Shown here one piece after another: positions 39,494 to 54,050 of a stretch of DNA of 64,000 nt; within the stretch, counting starts at the first letter, position 1; each line of letters starts with the position of its first letter. A program made the position numbers and the translations under genes. This DNA comes from Heteronotia binoei (taxonomy: Eukaryota): positions 54,684,001-54,748,000 of the forward strand of contig NC_083225.1 in NCBI RefSeq assembly GCF_032191835.1, written 5' to 3'. Below the pieces are notes generated by a model that did not search any database, had not been told where the DNA came from, and worked only from the letters and a program-made list of their open reading frames with translations.

Positions 39494-40954
39494 GTAAGTC
39501 CATTCTTCCACTGTAATGGCTACATTCATATTCAGCCACTACTTCCAACTGCAGTTTGAACACTGGAAAGTAAAAGTACTTAAACATTTCCTAATTTCCT
39601 CAGAATTGCTTGTATTTAACCATGCAGTTCCAAAGACTGACAGGCACTTCTGTCATCAGAAGGGGGGTGGCAAAATCTGTGGATTCTCCATTCCCACAAC
39701 AGACCCCCATTTTGATGTCATGCTGTTCCTGAATGTCCAGTGATCCCCAGAAACAAAATTTGGGGAGGGCTCAATGGAGAGGAGAGGAGGGAAGATCCTG
39801 TTCTGCAAGCTCTACTCTGCAAACAGTCTCATTGGATACAAGCCAATGTTTGTAACAAGGGCTCTGATCCAGACTACATTATTCATCAGCAGAACAGAAC
39901 TTCTCTGCCCCCCTCTTCCAATAACCGCCCATTGATCCCCTGAGGGAAAGATGAGGAGGAATGGCATCAGGGAGATCTGTAGCGAGAAGGGGGAATTTGT
40001 GCAAAATGCCAGCTGAGACCTGGACCCAACCGTAGAACTGCTTCACAGAACAGCAGCTAAGCATATGTTCAGTACGAAGCTGCAGCAAATCCCAGTCCTC
40101 AAGAAACTGTGTGTGTTTCAAGCAATTATGTGACATTCAAACTTTATATTTTTGTGTGTACACCTGAAGTCACGGGTGTAAAAGGTTAGCTCTAAAATGA
40201 ACTGCACAGAAATGACTTGGTTTACTATTATTTCATTAAGTTGTCCAGAGTGTTTATCATTGTTTCTTCTTTTCTGGTCCCTCTGAGCACCTACAGCTAG
40301 AGAGAAGGGGGGCATTAATTATTCTTCCACCCCAAAACACCTAATCCCTCATTTTGCATAATCATGTTTGCTTATAATTCAAAAGCAAAGAAAAAAATAA
40401 GGAGCAATTGTTTTGATGCAAAGGATAATTAAAGTCCTTCTCGGACAAGGAACAATATAAACTGGCAACAAAAGTCCAGGAATCCCATAGACATACTAAT
40501 GACTAGGAAAATAGCCCAAGAAACAGAAGCTTCTTGAGGTAAGAAGAAAAAAGTACAAGACACTAGTCCTGAATTTTCTCAATAACACTCAGTCAGTCAA
40601 CACTACATGAGATGGTGATTGAATTACATTTTAAGAAAAAATAAAATTTCCACAAATCCTGTCTGAAAAATGATAGAACAGCAACATGGAAAACAGTGGA
40701 ATACAGCAAGCTGGCAAAATATCATCCATATTCTCCATAAAACCTGAGTTAAATTAAATCCATTCCAAGCTAAACAGCCGTTGTAGTCAGACTGTTTTGT
40801 CAGCTTTGCTGTGAGGTCTGTGTTCCACAAAAACACAGGTCTGACCCTTCAAAAGAGCAACCATGCTTGACATCAAGCAGGACACATGATGTGGGCAACA
40901 CTCAGCTGAATGAACCTTTTATATTTTATATTTTTTATAAACTTGGTTTTTCAG

Positions 40955-41169
40955 ATATACAGGAACACCCTCTCCCCTTTCACCCAGCCCTTCTCCTGTG
41001 AGCTCTGTGGGATCGCAAGGAAGCACTGGAACACCTTCTCCGTCGTCCATAATCAGCATCCCACAGCGAATTCATCAGATGGCAGCCAATCACGTTAGCA
41101 TCACCAACAGCATCTTACACAGTTATGACTACTGGGAGATGGCTGACAATCTTGCCAAGGAAAACCAAG
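40955..41169 (+). CDS. AFF3: AFF3 coding exon 10 of window
   Basis: tttcag / GTATGT; [22 protein letters not shown]...[38 protein letters not shown]. Confidence 0.96.
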
Positions 41170-41839
41170 GTATGTGATGATAGTGACTGACTAAAGCTCA
41201 ATAACAACAATATATCCTGTGGTTACAAAAGCACTACAATAACAAATAAAATAAACAATCAAAATATATAGTTATCATAGATATTATAATCACAATATCA
41301 CAATAAAATTAGACAGTTCAAGGTTTTACTCAACATATGAATCTTTCAAAAACAAAGAAATAAGGTTCTTCCTTCCCATTCTCTTAATGTCTACATCATA
41401 CAACAATAGAGGACCACTGATAGCACTTAGGTCTCTTTCCTCATTGGGTACTATAGAAAGTCCAATGATATCAAATAGGAATCTTCTCTTTTGGATGCTG
41501 ATGTGTTTCCTTGATAATCCCCACATTTCGAAGAGGAACCTTCTTCTAAGCAGATTCCACAATTTTAAATCTGTAAAGAATATACAATAAAATACATACA
41601 ATATAGTAAAACCCAGTGCAAAAAGCCTCAAGGTGCCAAAAGCCTCCAAGTACTCACCAACTAACGTCATTATTTCTTTTTAAGTAAATTCCAAAATTTC
41701 AAATCTGTAATAAATATACAATAATTTTAACTAATGACTAAACCATAACACATCCATTTTGATTCACTCTTATGTCTGGCTACTTTATATCCTATGTACT
41801 GATAAAACAGGGCTGGAGTACCACCTGATTCTACCACAT

Positions 41840-42200
41840 AGAATCATAAAGTTGGAAGGGGCCTCCAGGGTCATCTAGTCCAATCCCTTGCACAATGCAG
41901 GAAATCCACAAGTACCTCCCCCCCTATGCACACAGTGATCCCTGGTCCAAGTCCAGAAGATGGCAAAAGAAAAAAAAATATCCAGGATGCCTTGCCAAAC
42001 TGACCTGGAGAAAAATTGCTGCCTGACCCCCAAAGTGGCGAATGACAATTCTTTGGGTGTTTAAGAAGGGACCTCAAGAACGAAGCACTGATGCAACCTT
42101 TCCTGTCCTGCCTCCCTCTCATGATCTGCCTAAGTTCACAGAATCTGCATTGCTGTCAGATGGCCATCTAGTCTCTGTTTAAAAACCTCCAAAGAAGCAG
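41840..42200 (-). mobile_element. CR1-type 3' UTR fragment
   Basis: catagaatcataaagttggaaggg...ggtcatctagtccaa is the antisense CR1 3' end motif. Confidence 0.65.
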
Positions 42201-42869
42201 CCCCTTAATCCTCATGCCCCTCAGAGCATTTACTTTCCAGCAGTGTAGCCAACATACTTGATTACAGACAGGAGACAGGATCATCTGTACAACTTAACTT
42301 AAAGCATGCCCTATATTTGCAACTTGATATATATTTGCTGCTTGTCAATCCTTCTATGCCAAGATAGGAAAACTCCAGTTTTCCAGTAGCTGCATTCTGT
42401 ATATGCATTATTGACATGAAAAAGTATCTGTGTGTAGCCCCAGTCTGGCTGAATTAGTTATGACTTGTTGAAAGCGGGGAACCAGTTAGTCATGATAAAT
42501 TCAAGATTGCTTTCAAATGGGTTAGGCACGTTTAGCTGGACCAGGAGGCCAAAATATCTGAGAACTAGTAACAAGTCATATGGTGAAGTGCTGCCCTGAG
42601 GGCTAGTGTGGGAGCTGACTAGAATGTTGGACTAGGACTGGAGAGATTGTGTTCAGATTGCCACTCAGCCATGAGATTTCGAGCAGTCTCTGTGTCTCAA
42701 CTTTAGTTACCACACAAAAGAAAAAAGGATGTCTCGTTTTAAATATAATTGTATTGTGGAAAAAGTTTGTATTAAAGGTCAGACAAACCTCCTTTAAACC
42801 TTTTAACTGTAATCTAAACTTGGACAACATTCACAATGTATTATAAGCATTTTTTGTTTTATTCCCTAG

Positions 42870-42991
42870 ATTTCTTTAATGATTTGGATGCATTGATGGG
42901 GCCTGTTACCTTGCACAGCAGTATGGAGCACTTGGTCCAATACACACAACAAGGACTTCACTGGATAAGGAGTAGGGCTGAGTTGTCATAG
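42870..42991 (+). CDS. AFF3: AFF3 terminal coding exon (to stop)
   Basis: ccctag acceptor; [40 protein letters not shown] then TAG. Confidence 0.97.
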
Positions 42992-45900
42992 TGAATGCGT
43001 GCTGCTCATCTGGACACTAGATTCTCCCACAGGCAATTCAGTTATTCTAGACACTGTGCTACAGAAATACTCAACAGCATTGCTTCAGACAAATGTGAAT
43101 ACTACTTCTGATGCTAGACAATATTTTTCCAGAGTGCAGAAATAGATGTGTATGTATATTATGCAATGTTTGTCTGTTCTGATACTTTGTCTTTTTCAAT
43201 TCAGCTCCTCTGTAAAGAACAGGAGGGTTGTGTTTACACGCACACACACTCACACTCCACATACACACTCTCCTCTCCTTCAGTACTTAAACAACTAAAC
43301 CAGAACTTCATAGGTTGATTTAACCAGGTACAACAAAAAATTCTCTCAATTCTGAAAAGTATTTTCCACTCAACTTTTAAACACATTCTCAAATAGCTGC
43401 TTAACTGTAACTTTGAAAGAGATGACATTTCTTGAATTAGGCCAATTGGAGGTTCTCTACATCAAAGCAAATTCATCTTGTGTTTTACACTGGAAGAGGA
43501 AAAGGCAGTGTCTGTCCATTCTGTTACCCAGAAAACAGAAGGACCTGTGGTCCAGAAGTGATTCTTCCACGTACACACTCCTCATGACTGGTCAGCCACT
43601 TAGACAATAATGGTGAGAGGATGTAGCAGTCACAGTAAAGACTTCCCTATAACATAGCACATGCTGAATACAACATCAGAAAGATGCAGCATTGAAGTAT
43701 GGAACATGTCTAAAAACATTTTCCTTATGAGTGAAACCATGGCTAGTTTTTCCCCATACCTTAACATGTTAGGGCCATCAGACTCCAGACAGAATTATAT
43801 CTGGAACCAGATCTAGCCTGAATGTTTCCATCCTTTTACCTCGAGCATTGGGATGAGTCACAGAGAATGGAACTGAACCTAGACAGAAAGATTGTTTTGT
43901 GAACATAAAAAGATTACATGTCATATGTATTTTTGAAAATCATTTTGATTCCTGAAAAGCCTTTCTGCCATGTTCAATATACTATTCTGAGCAAACAGTC
44001 ATTTAAAACAGTAGAATGACAGTACCCTATGAAAGCGGATTGGAGAAATTGTTCCCTTTAAAAAAAAACAACACCAAAATATTATAAGTTGTAGCTGACT
44101 TAGCCAGGGAAAAAAATCTCTGCAATATAGGTGTGTCTCTATCAAGGGACATGTATATTTTAATGTATATTTCAGTAAAGTAGCTGGTCTGCAGTTTATT
44201 TATATCCTGCCATTACTTTCAGTTCTCTTTATCCAGAAATCTGGATTTGCTACTTTGTGTGCTAACACAGTTTCCCATTATATTCCTCATCTTTTAGCTA
44301 TGCTTTCATGATTTGATATTTATATGTTGTCTTCAGCACCTGCTGACAAGTTATTAGACAGGAAATTACTCTAGCAATAATTAGTTTTAATGGCAATCAG
44401 AATAAGTCACATCAACTGACACACACAGTAATTTTTTAAGTAAAAAAGAACAGTGTGGTGACAGCTTAAAGGCTAATAGTTTTCTTATAGCTTAAGTTTC
44501 CTGAGCTTGAACCATTTGTTTCAGATACAAGTAATGATCACCTAAAGGACAGATAGATACATTCTGTACAATGAGAAGCAAGAGAGGAAATGTCACAAAT
44601 AATTGAAAAAGTATAAGAGAACACTAGTTGTGTCTGTTTTGTGCAGAGCACACAAGGGGTTAATGCAGAATCTGGAAAGGAGGGGTCAGACCCGTATCAT
44701 TTAACATTTTAATTCTGAAATATTGTTCAGTGTTTGGGTTTGTTTTTTAAATCACATAACTTAGGTCACTTCATTCACATAGGATTCCTGTGTTGACTTC
44801 AGAAAAAGGAACTTAAAATTAAGGCCAGACTGAAGTATGCATGACCAAACCTTTATTTTTTATTTTTTGTAATATGTCAAAGTGGAGGCAACAACAAAAT
44901 GGATGCCAAAGGAGGCCGAATAGCCACAAAATGTCAAGGAGTAAGGCTATGCATAACTCTTAATAGTAATTCTTAAACACTTCAGGCAGACGTGCTGATT
45001 AACAGAATTGCTCTTTATAGTGAACAGTTTTTTTTAAAAAAAATCTGCACAGCCAAACAGCTCTCCAGTGGCCAAACTTAAGCCTTGCTGAGCTAAAATC
45101 TCACCTGACTTCACCTACTTCATAAAAACATTTGGTGAGTGCCAGGAAAGGTGTTGACAAGCACCACGGTCACCACAGCTGCCACATAGGGGACCCCTAG
45201 AATAATCATTATTGGGGGGAAATATTAAGATGACCACAATTTGGCTGCTGCTGTAGGAAGTTCAGTATCTCTAGCAGGTCAGACATGCCCTTCTTATAAG
45301 AAAACCTGCAAAATTGCACACTGACCATAAGAATGCAACGATATTAAACATGTACACTGAAAAAAGGGCATACAACAATACAAGAGTATAGTTTAGCTTA
45401 ATTTAGTAATACTTCCAGTCTCTAAACAATAGCTGTATTACCCATTCTCCATCCAAATAGTGAGTGGTTCTAGTCCCTCAAATCTTAAGTACGCATTTAG
45501 AGAAACACTGGGGCACTTCGTAGCTGTCTGGAAAATACATATGTATTGCAACCATGCGCACAAGCCAATGGTGTGGCTGCCACCTCATGCATAAAATTTA
45601 AGCTTCTGGAAATCACTAAAAAGACATTGTGGTGGCATGCCAAAAAAGCAAACCAGCAAAGCAGAGAAAGGTAGATGTTTCTCAACAGCACATAGTGTGT
45701 GACCTGCAGAAATTAATGTGGGGTCTCAGTTTTATTATCATGTTTTCTTATTTTGTGGCATTTGAGAATCTCGAGTACGTCCCTGTTACAGAATGGTGAC
45801 TAAGTTGAATGCATGCGTATTACCCCACCACCCAATGCAGGCTTTTCAAGCATTTGCCATATACTCCTATGCATCAGCTGTAAGTAAAGAGCTTGATCTG

Positions 45901-46490
45901 ACCATCCCACCAAGACATTATATTTACAAGTAGGCCCATTAATCTTTGCACAAATGTTTGCATGGATTAAAATAACACTGGAACCCAGACCATGGCTGGC
46001 AACAGTTCCCAAGATCACAGTAGCTCCTTTTCTAGAGGTCACCATTACAAAAATCATAACCAGCTCTAACTGGGATCAATATCAATGCAAAGGCTTATCC
46101 ATGGCCAATGTGCAGCAAAATCATTGTGTGCAAATTTATCCCTATTTACATTAATTCAATTTAGGCATATCCATAATTAATTTTGCATGCCAAGGCAGAT
46201 GGAACAACCCCAACAACTTTAGTAAATTTTTGTTTAAAGGTGTCACTTATTTCCATTTCTTTCCCTTTTATGTACAGGTATCAGTCGTTTCATATGTATG
46301 GTTTTTATCTTGGTGTCAGAATTGGTATGGGGGAAAAACAGAGCAATAGGTGCTGGACTTTTCCATAGGTTTGATACCTTCCCGAGAGTAGTATCACAGT
46401 TCTCCTGTCCATATCATTACAACAGGTGTATTTCTGTAGTTTACATTAACTGAGCAATGTAATAAACTGGAGTATCCTGTACAGTACTTT
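42992..46490 (+). other. AFF3: Putative AFF3 3' UTR (end uncertain)
   Basis: Repeat-poor, AT-rich stretch after the stop. AATAAA at 46461 is a candidate poly(A) signal; the end cannot be fixed without RNA data. Confidence 0.4.
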
Positions 46491-49400
46491 ATGCTGTAAA
46501 ATATGTACATACTGATATATATTGTAGCATTTTTAACGCTTTGAAGTGCTTTATTTATTGGATCTGTTGGCATTTTTCTCCAAGACCCTTTTCGGAGGTG
46601 ACAGTAACATTCAACATACAGCACAGGCAGCTATCTTGCTGTTGATTCCAAGATCCCTGTTGTAGTTATAAAAGAACTATTTCATGAGATTAATTTGAGG
46701 CTATAGCTCCTGAATTGTGATCACTTTGGGGGAATTCAGAATTCACACCATAATTCCTTTAAGCAGTTCTAACAATGTCTACATGCATCCCAGTAATACA
46801 CCAGCCAGTAATATACCACTGCATAACATAACCCTCAAAACCATGCCTTGTATGTCGTTAAAAGAGACAGCAACTACTTTTCCATTCTGCCTTCTTGAAA
46901 GCCAAAAACAGGTTGTTAATAAAAAAAAAATCTATAGGAAGGCCCTGCAATTTCATTTCTGAAACAATATTGATGAACTTAAAAAGATGTATCCTACAAT
47001 GGTTGTTTATTGATACATGCAATGGGAGGTGAGTCACATGCTTTTTGTTGCTGTCAAGTCACAGCTGATTTACAGCAACGCTGTAGGCTTTTCAAGGAAA
47101 GAGACGTAGAGGTGGTTTGCCATTGGCTGCCTCCAGAGAGCCAGCTGTGGTTAGTAGTTAATCTCTAATCTGGAGAACCAGTTTTGATTCCTCCACATGA
47201 AGCCAGCTGGATGACCTTGGGCCAGTCACAGCTCTCTCAACCCTACCTACCTTACAGGGAGTCTCTTGTTGGGAGAGGAAGGGAATGTGATTGAAAGCTG
47301 CTCCAACGCTCCTTTGGGGGTATCAAACCAACTCTTCTTTTCTCCCCCCCCCCCCCCCCGTTGTCATGACCCTGGTATTCCTTGAAGGTCTCCCATCCAA
47401 ATACTAGCCAGGACTGACTGCTTAGCTTCTTTGATCTGATGAGATCAGAGTAGCCTGGGCCATCCGGGTCAGGGCAGTCACATTCTACTTTTAGTCTGTT
47501 TCCTCTTTTAGAACTATGTATGATGCGAGTGGCTTGTAGTTTCCTGAGAAGTTTTGTCTGAATCAAGCATGTGATGGATGAAGGTGACTAGGTTGCTTAC
47601 AACCTTGGTGGTTTCCCCAGTTTGGAAATGAAAATTACGGCAAGTACATGCAATGTCTTGGCCTTTTCCTCCTCCTGAAAAGTATCCCATAAGTTTCCAT
47701 GGGTTAGCAGTTGCATTTATTTTCTGCCATGTTTACAAAATAAGATATTCAATCCATCCAACCCATTTCAGGACAAAAAGAACAATGTGAGAGGTTGGTT
47801 TGTTTATAGCTCAGTTACGTAATTAAGTTCATGTGTATAGCGTGATAAAATTATTGACAAAGATTGCTTTGCTGTTTGGAAATGTTTCTGTTTCTACCAT
47901 TCATACAAAACTTGTGTAGCACAGTTGCTGGAATGGTGAAAACCGTCCTGTAATGTAACAGACTGAGCCTTAAGGATTTGTTTTTAAAAAGCACTTTTAT
48001 ATTAAAAGTTAATATTAATTCATCAATAGTATTACTTTTTTATGTGAAAATAAACCATGAACTCAACACCTTTACATCTCAATTTTGTCTTAACCTTGTC
48101 TTATTGAAAGCTTCCTTCAGAATTCAGCAAGTCTCCATTTGGTTGTGTTGTCAGTATTGCCAGAACCTGTTACTAAATCCCAAATCAGCCCATGCAGTCA
48201 TGAGAAGTACATAATTCAGCAAAACCAGCTAAACAGACTATATGGACTGGGTAACATGGATGATTTTGTGTATCGTGTTAAAGGAAAACAATCTAAATTC
48301 AGCTTCATATTCATGATGCTGCCTAAGTGTGGAACTTTGACTGCCGTCACTTATTCTTTATATCTCTAAACATTGCTAATCATCTACCACAGACCAGGAG
48401 GCTGATTTTGAAATACTCTCACTGCATCTTCATTTGGCTTCTGTGCTCTCTCCCATTTGTTTGGGCACTTGAGTTTAGCAGCATTCTCCTCCGTTCAGCA
48501 GGTCCTCTTTGTCTTTCTGTTTCCATATAATTGCTCTTGTCATCTTCTACTCCTTAATTTTCATCAAGGACTGAAACAGCTGTAAAACACATAAATATTT
48601 AGCACCTAGATAACACTTTCTGATTGTCGAAAGTACTTCACATAATGATGATCTCAGCAACCACTGCCAACAACCCTGTGATGCAGGGCTGTGTTACTTC
48701 ATATTGCAGAGAGCTACCTCACAGTGCACTCCTCAGCAGGTCCATTCAGAATCCTAAGCCTCTTCATTAAGGTTGTGACTGAGATTACATTTGGGCCATG
48801 ATTTCCCCAGCTTCTAATCACCACTCCTTAATATTTATGCTAAGCAAAGGCAAAAAAGACCACAACCACTAAAATCCAGCTCAGAGTTAGGCATATACAT
48901 GTAGACATCACAAAAAAATAAACCATAAGAGCTCAAACAGTATTTGGTATTACCAAAAATAGCCCTAAATGGCACTGCAGGAGAGGTTTACTTTCATCTA
49001 AGAAGGCTTATGTGGAAAATAAATTCTTATCATAAGAGATAAGGATAAAGCCATAAACAAGGCAGAAGACAAAGAGCAGTTATCAGTAAAGCTTGGTCTC
49101 CACCTAGGAGCACAAACTATAGAGAACCATATTATTGTTTCCTTTCTCAGAAGTTTAACTTACTGGTTCAACATAGTTTTGCTTTTTTTAAAAAATGCAG
49201 CTGTCAACAGTCTTGATGGGTTTTGTAATTTTTACACAATAACCCTTTCCCGCATCTATTCTCACACGTTACCTCAGTCTCACTCTTTATCCCTGGACGA
49301 ATATACTTCCCATTATTTCCCCTGAGCAATATATGCCATCTGTCTGGATCATGAGCTAAATGGCTGAGATCCTTTTGCAACCATTTTAACATCATTTGAG

Positions 49401-51711
49401 CAATTTTACCATCAGCAGTAGGGTGCATTTTATATAAGCAGCTCAGCTGATTAAAGCCAGACTATGTGATCAAGAATCTACACAATTCACAAACTATAAT
49501 ATTTCTTGCAAACATTTTTATCTTCTTCAAATGGTCTTGTGAGGCAGGCAGCGCTGCAAGCAGTTGTTGTTGTTTTTTTAAAATCAGTCTTAAATATGTG
49601 CCCTTCATGGACCCCTTTTTTGGACAGAGCCCAGTGATGTGAGCAGAGTTTATTTTCTCCGGAGGTGGTAGGCGTGCTGATCCATTGCTTCGTATGTGAT
49701 TCTATCTGTTGTACAAGGGCCTCATTTTGGAGTGCCACTTTAAGTATGAACTTTAATTGGTGGTTTCTGCGCAGCAATTATTCTATCTTGTTGTTTTCCA
49801 TTCTTTGCGATGACAGCACAAAGGAGAGGCATAAAGGAGACAACAATGGCCAAATTTTATGCTGAGCTCTGGGGCTCAGTCTAGTTCAGTGGTGTAGGCC
49901 TGGAAAGGTGGCAACAATGGCACAAATTCTTTGCTGGGCTCTGGGCTTCAGTCCAGCTGGGTGATACAGGCCTGGAAACAATGGTACAGATTTTTTTGCT
50001 AAGCTGAGCTCCAGACTTTAGTCCTCTCCAGGCAGGGGGGTTGGCTGCTGGATCGAGTGGGCCCAGCAACAGCAGCGATGCCACAGATGTGAGGCACAAC
50101 TGTGGCACTGGCACAAATTCTTCCACTGAACGGTCTCAGGCCTCTTTGGACATGGCCCAGCAGCAGTGACAATGACAGAAATGATACTGAGGCCGGCTGT
50201 AAGTGACTTTTTAAAAGACCTGCAAGCAGCAGCCTTAATATGGCTGCAAGCCTGTTTGTCATAGGAAAATTGTGATCAGAGAACAATGTCAACTTGGGAT
50301 GTTGAAAGTATGGTCAAGCATTAGATGTATCAAAGACATTATGTCACACCCCTGTCCTGCAGCAGACATTCCTGCACAAAAATGTTGCTAATAAAAAGCT
50401 TTCCACAATGTCTAAGGTGTCTGACTCTTTTTGCCATTTCCAGGATGATAACCTCACCTTAGTATTATTGATTGATTGATCAAATTAATACCCCACTTTT
50501 CTTACCAATGGGGATCCAAAGATGCTTACATCATCAGATTCTCCTCCATTTTATCTTTACAACAACCTTGGTAGGTTAACCTGACCACCAAGGTCACCAG
50601 CATATTTCCATGGTTGAATGGAGTTTTGACCCTGGTGTCCCAGATCTGATCCAACCCTCTAACCCCTGCACCACGCTAGTAAGCTCAAGAAGTTAATTAT
50701 TTGCTGTTCAGATGAAATGACAAATAGTGGTTTGCTGCAAAAAGGAGGCAATTCAAACATCTAAAACTCTTTTCGCTGCCACTCAGGAAGAACGCTTTTC
50801 ATCTTGCTCCTTGTGAGGCAACTCACCTCCGAGTAAATTAAATAAAATTTTAAAAATTTAAAAGAGAGATGAAAAGAAGACGGGTTTTGTGGATTTCCAC
50901 TATGTCATGATGGCTTTAAAAGGGTTTCTTCAGAACTGGACCAACTGTCGCTTTAACAGGGTGCTGTTAAACAGCCATTTTCTGTGCCTAACTACCTAGG
51001 GGTTCACACAACAGAGCTGCCTGCTCTTGCTGTCACCAATTCCCTTGAAGGCATGACTGGATCGACTGGACTCAGAAGAGCTCTTTTAAAAATAAACATT
51101 CCCTCTCTGTGGTGTGGTGAGGTGTTGTGCTACAGAGCGTTAATCTTAATGGCTCTTTTCTAAGGCTTTGGCTTCAGCCAGCCTGAATGATGGTGCAGTC
51201 CACCTCTGTGGTGAGGTGTGATACAACAGTGACTGTTCATGGTATGATTACTATTGATCGGGGTTTCTTGAAATGTATTCCTCAACTGAAACAAGCTACA
51301 GATATCAGAACTACATTTTGAATAATTCTACATCTTTGGAATTTTTCCTCCAAACTACGTATTAGTTACAGACTTGGGCAAAATCTGACTGTTTGGACTT
51401 GCAATATTGTTTGGCAGCAATATTGTTAGCAGTTAATGTTTTGTATCACATGGCATTTTTTTTTGTTTCCTCACCTTACTTCATTGGCTGCTGCCTCCTG
51501 GGCTGGGAAAATGTTAACCAAATGATATCATTTCTTATGTTATTGGAAGCTGTGTGTTGGCATCCCTCATTTATCTTCCCATTACATGCAGCTTTGTTCA
51601 GACCTTTTTCACAAGTAAATATGTTCAGCAGAATTCCTGGTATTTCTTTCCAGCACTCACAAGTTCACTTGTATCTCCAACATGTCCAAATGTTCTCCAA
51701 GATGAGAAACA

Positions 51712-51793
51712 CTGAAACACTCAATAAGGGCTTTTACAGCGTAGTCTCTTTTGTTGAAACATTATCCAATATAAAAGTGCCAAAGAGCAGTAA
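51712..51793 (-). pseudogene. AFF3: Pseudo-exon copy of AFF3 exon 36340-36433
   Basis: ttacag|T TAC TGC TCT TTG GCA CTT TTA TAT TGG ATA ATG TTT (YCSLALLYWIMF). 82 nt vs 94; frameshift to TGA; donor lost. Confidence 0.9.
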
Positions 51794-52257
51794 CTGTAAA
51801 TCAATGAGAAGTACGGGTTTTTAATAAGAAAGATTTTTTTAAAGAAAGCAAAACATTCTAGCACTTTATATATGTATTTTTAAAGGCTGGAGACAGACAA
51901 TTGTTTTAAATGGGAGAGACACTAGGACTTATAACACACGTTTGGTGTCTCTCCCCCCCCTCTCCGTTCTTGTATGATCTATTGTCAATCACACTTTGCA
52001 AGCTTGAGAAGCCCTAGGGGAAAAAAGATGGCAAAACATGACTGCTTATGGAAGGCAGTGGTACAGGAAAAAGCAGGCACACCTTGCAAGCAACAATTAC
52101 TATTTTGTGTCAAGCAAGAAAGTCACGTCAGTCACCAGGCAGTTCACAATGTTTCATATGCTCATCAAGCTCTTTCATCACTCCAAGCTATTCTACAGAA
52201 ACTCTGCTGTGCTTTGTTCTACAAAGAACAGCTGATTCAGGGCTATTCCTACATGTG

Positions 52258-53330
52258 ACCATCAAGGGAAAAGGTCACCAACCTAAAGGAGTTGCTTCAT
52301 GAGTAATAGAGGTGGACCCAAGCTAGGGTCGCCAGCCCCACAAACTAAGGGCAGTTACAGCCATGCTACCCTAAAACTCTTTGAAGCCAAAACTTTAGCC
52401 CAACTTTTATATGGAGCTATGATAGGGGCAACATCATCTTCTTTTGCCCCCCTTGAGCGTGTCCAATCAAAGTTCTTAAAAGCTGTACTACAAGTCCCCG
52501 ATTGGGTGCCAAATGCATTGGTATGTCAGGAGACCGGCACTTTCAGAGTGGAAGTTAAGGTGTGCCTTGCCTCGTTAAATTACTTGCTTAAGATCAGTTA
52601 TTTTCAGCAAGGCTTGACCCCACTGCTCCTCCTGGATGAACATCAAGCTGCATGGCTTAAGACAATCCAATGTAAACTTGCAAGTCTAGGCTTTTCACCA
52701 TCCATGATCTTAAGGATGGGTTTTGACCAGGCAAAACAGGCTATAAAACAATGGTTATTGGACACTGAACACAGCTTGATTTAGGGTGGGTCCCTACTTT
52801 CTTGCTCTCTATGAAACCAGATATATAGTCAAACTGGCTGCCTATCTGTCCCTCTTGGAGGTGCATAGTCACAGGAGGGCTTTCACACTTGTAAGGTGTG
52901 CTACCCTTCCCTATGCTGTTTTAGATGGGCAATTTAATATAATTCCCTATGGGAAAAGGCTTTGCCCCTGCAATGAAGGAGAAATTGAGACTATAGATCA
53001 TGTTCTTCTATGTTGTCCATTCTATCAAGATAATCACCTCTTTGATTAACAGAATACCTGGAAGAATGAGTCTGGAGTATGTTAGGCTACTCCTAGAAAA
53101 CAAAAACCCCAACAACTACAGCCTCAGTCACAAAATTTTGTGCAACAGCCGATAAAATCCATCAGTTGCTTTTATTATCAGGGTCTATGTAAATAACTAT
53201 GATATTACTGTATATTTATATTATTATCTATTTTTAATTGTGGGGTTTTAAATCAATAACTTTGTAGTATCTTATCTATGCTGGTCTTTGACTGTACAAT
53301 AAATTAAACTAAACTAAACTATTTTTGATT
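52258..53330 (+). mobile_element. 3' fragment of a non-LTR retrotransposon (clade uncertain)
   Basis: Post-RT ORF2-like translation with a CCHC-type motif (CPCNEGEIETIDHVLLCCPFY), stops, and a (TAAAC)n tail. Confidence 0.65.
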
Positions 53331-54050
53331 ACAACCATGCAAATAACATAACAATTTAAAAGAAAGTTTTGTTTCATTCGTTTTTTCCCTCAGACGTTTT
53401 TCAGGATGTGACCTCTGGATGGTTGTATTTTAGGCATATTCTAAGGAAGTCCCAATTTAATTGCACCATTCATAATCAAAGGTAAATACTGAGAAATATT
53501 CCGCCTATATTGAAATTAAACAGCAACATAAAATGTTTTTAAAACGTTTTATTGTTTTAAAATTGTAATTGTAGACTTTTTAACTGATTGTTAGCTGCCC
53601 TGAGTCCACTTGCAGAGAGGGCAGGATAGAAGTTGGAAGTAATAATAATAATTAATTAATTAATAAGTTTAAGATTACTTGGGGTTGTGTGATACCTATT
53701 TTATTTTCCTTGGGCTGATTTGAGTTAGGTTCGTTATGCTCCACTAGATGGCAGTCTCTGTTTAGGAGATTAAAAGAACAAAGCAAAAGTTTGTGGCAAC
53801 CCTACTTTGCTCTGTATGGAGTCAGACAACACAACAGAGTTTAGTCCTCATAACTCTCATTCTGAATCCTTCCCAGGTACACTAAATATGCAAATTAAAG
53901 TAGCTCATCTGCTGTGTAACAGCCAGTGAATTAGAAATGTTTTTAGTGCTATAAGATTGAGTCCTCCTCCTGCCTTCCCTGATGACCTCTCTCCTTAAAC
54001 AGATGCAGAGATTTTTTTTTTTCCCTTTTGGATTAAATCCCACCCACAAA

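Noticed and set aside
48390-48580. Purine-rich exon-like stretch on - after ttttacag
   Set aside because: Stops in all three frames and no identifiable homolog.
49270-49428. Exon-like - strand frame (...DPDRWHILLRGNNGKYIRPGIKSETE/gtaacg)
   Set aside because: I recognise no match to REV1, AFF3 or known neighbours, apart from an RPG tripeptide; needs BLASTx.
49845-50030. Degenerate ~65-70-bp triplet repeat (CAATGG..CAAATT..GCTG.GCTC); - strand QSPAKNL resembling REV1 NSPAKTL
   Set aside because: An old minisatellite or TE fragment; the peptide match is too short and lacks context.
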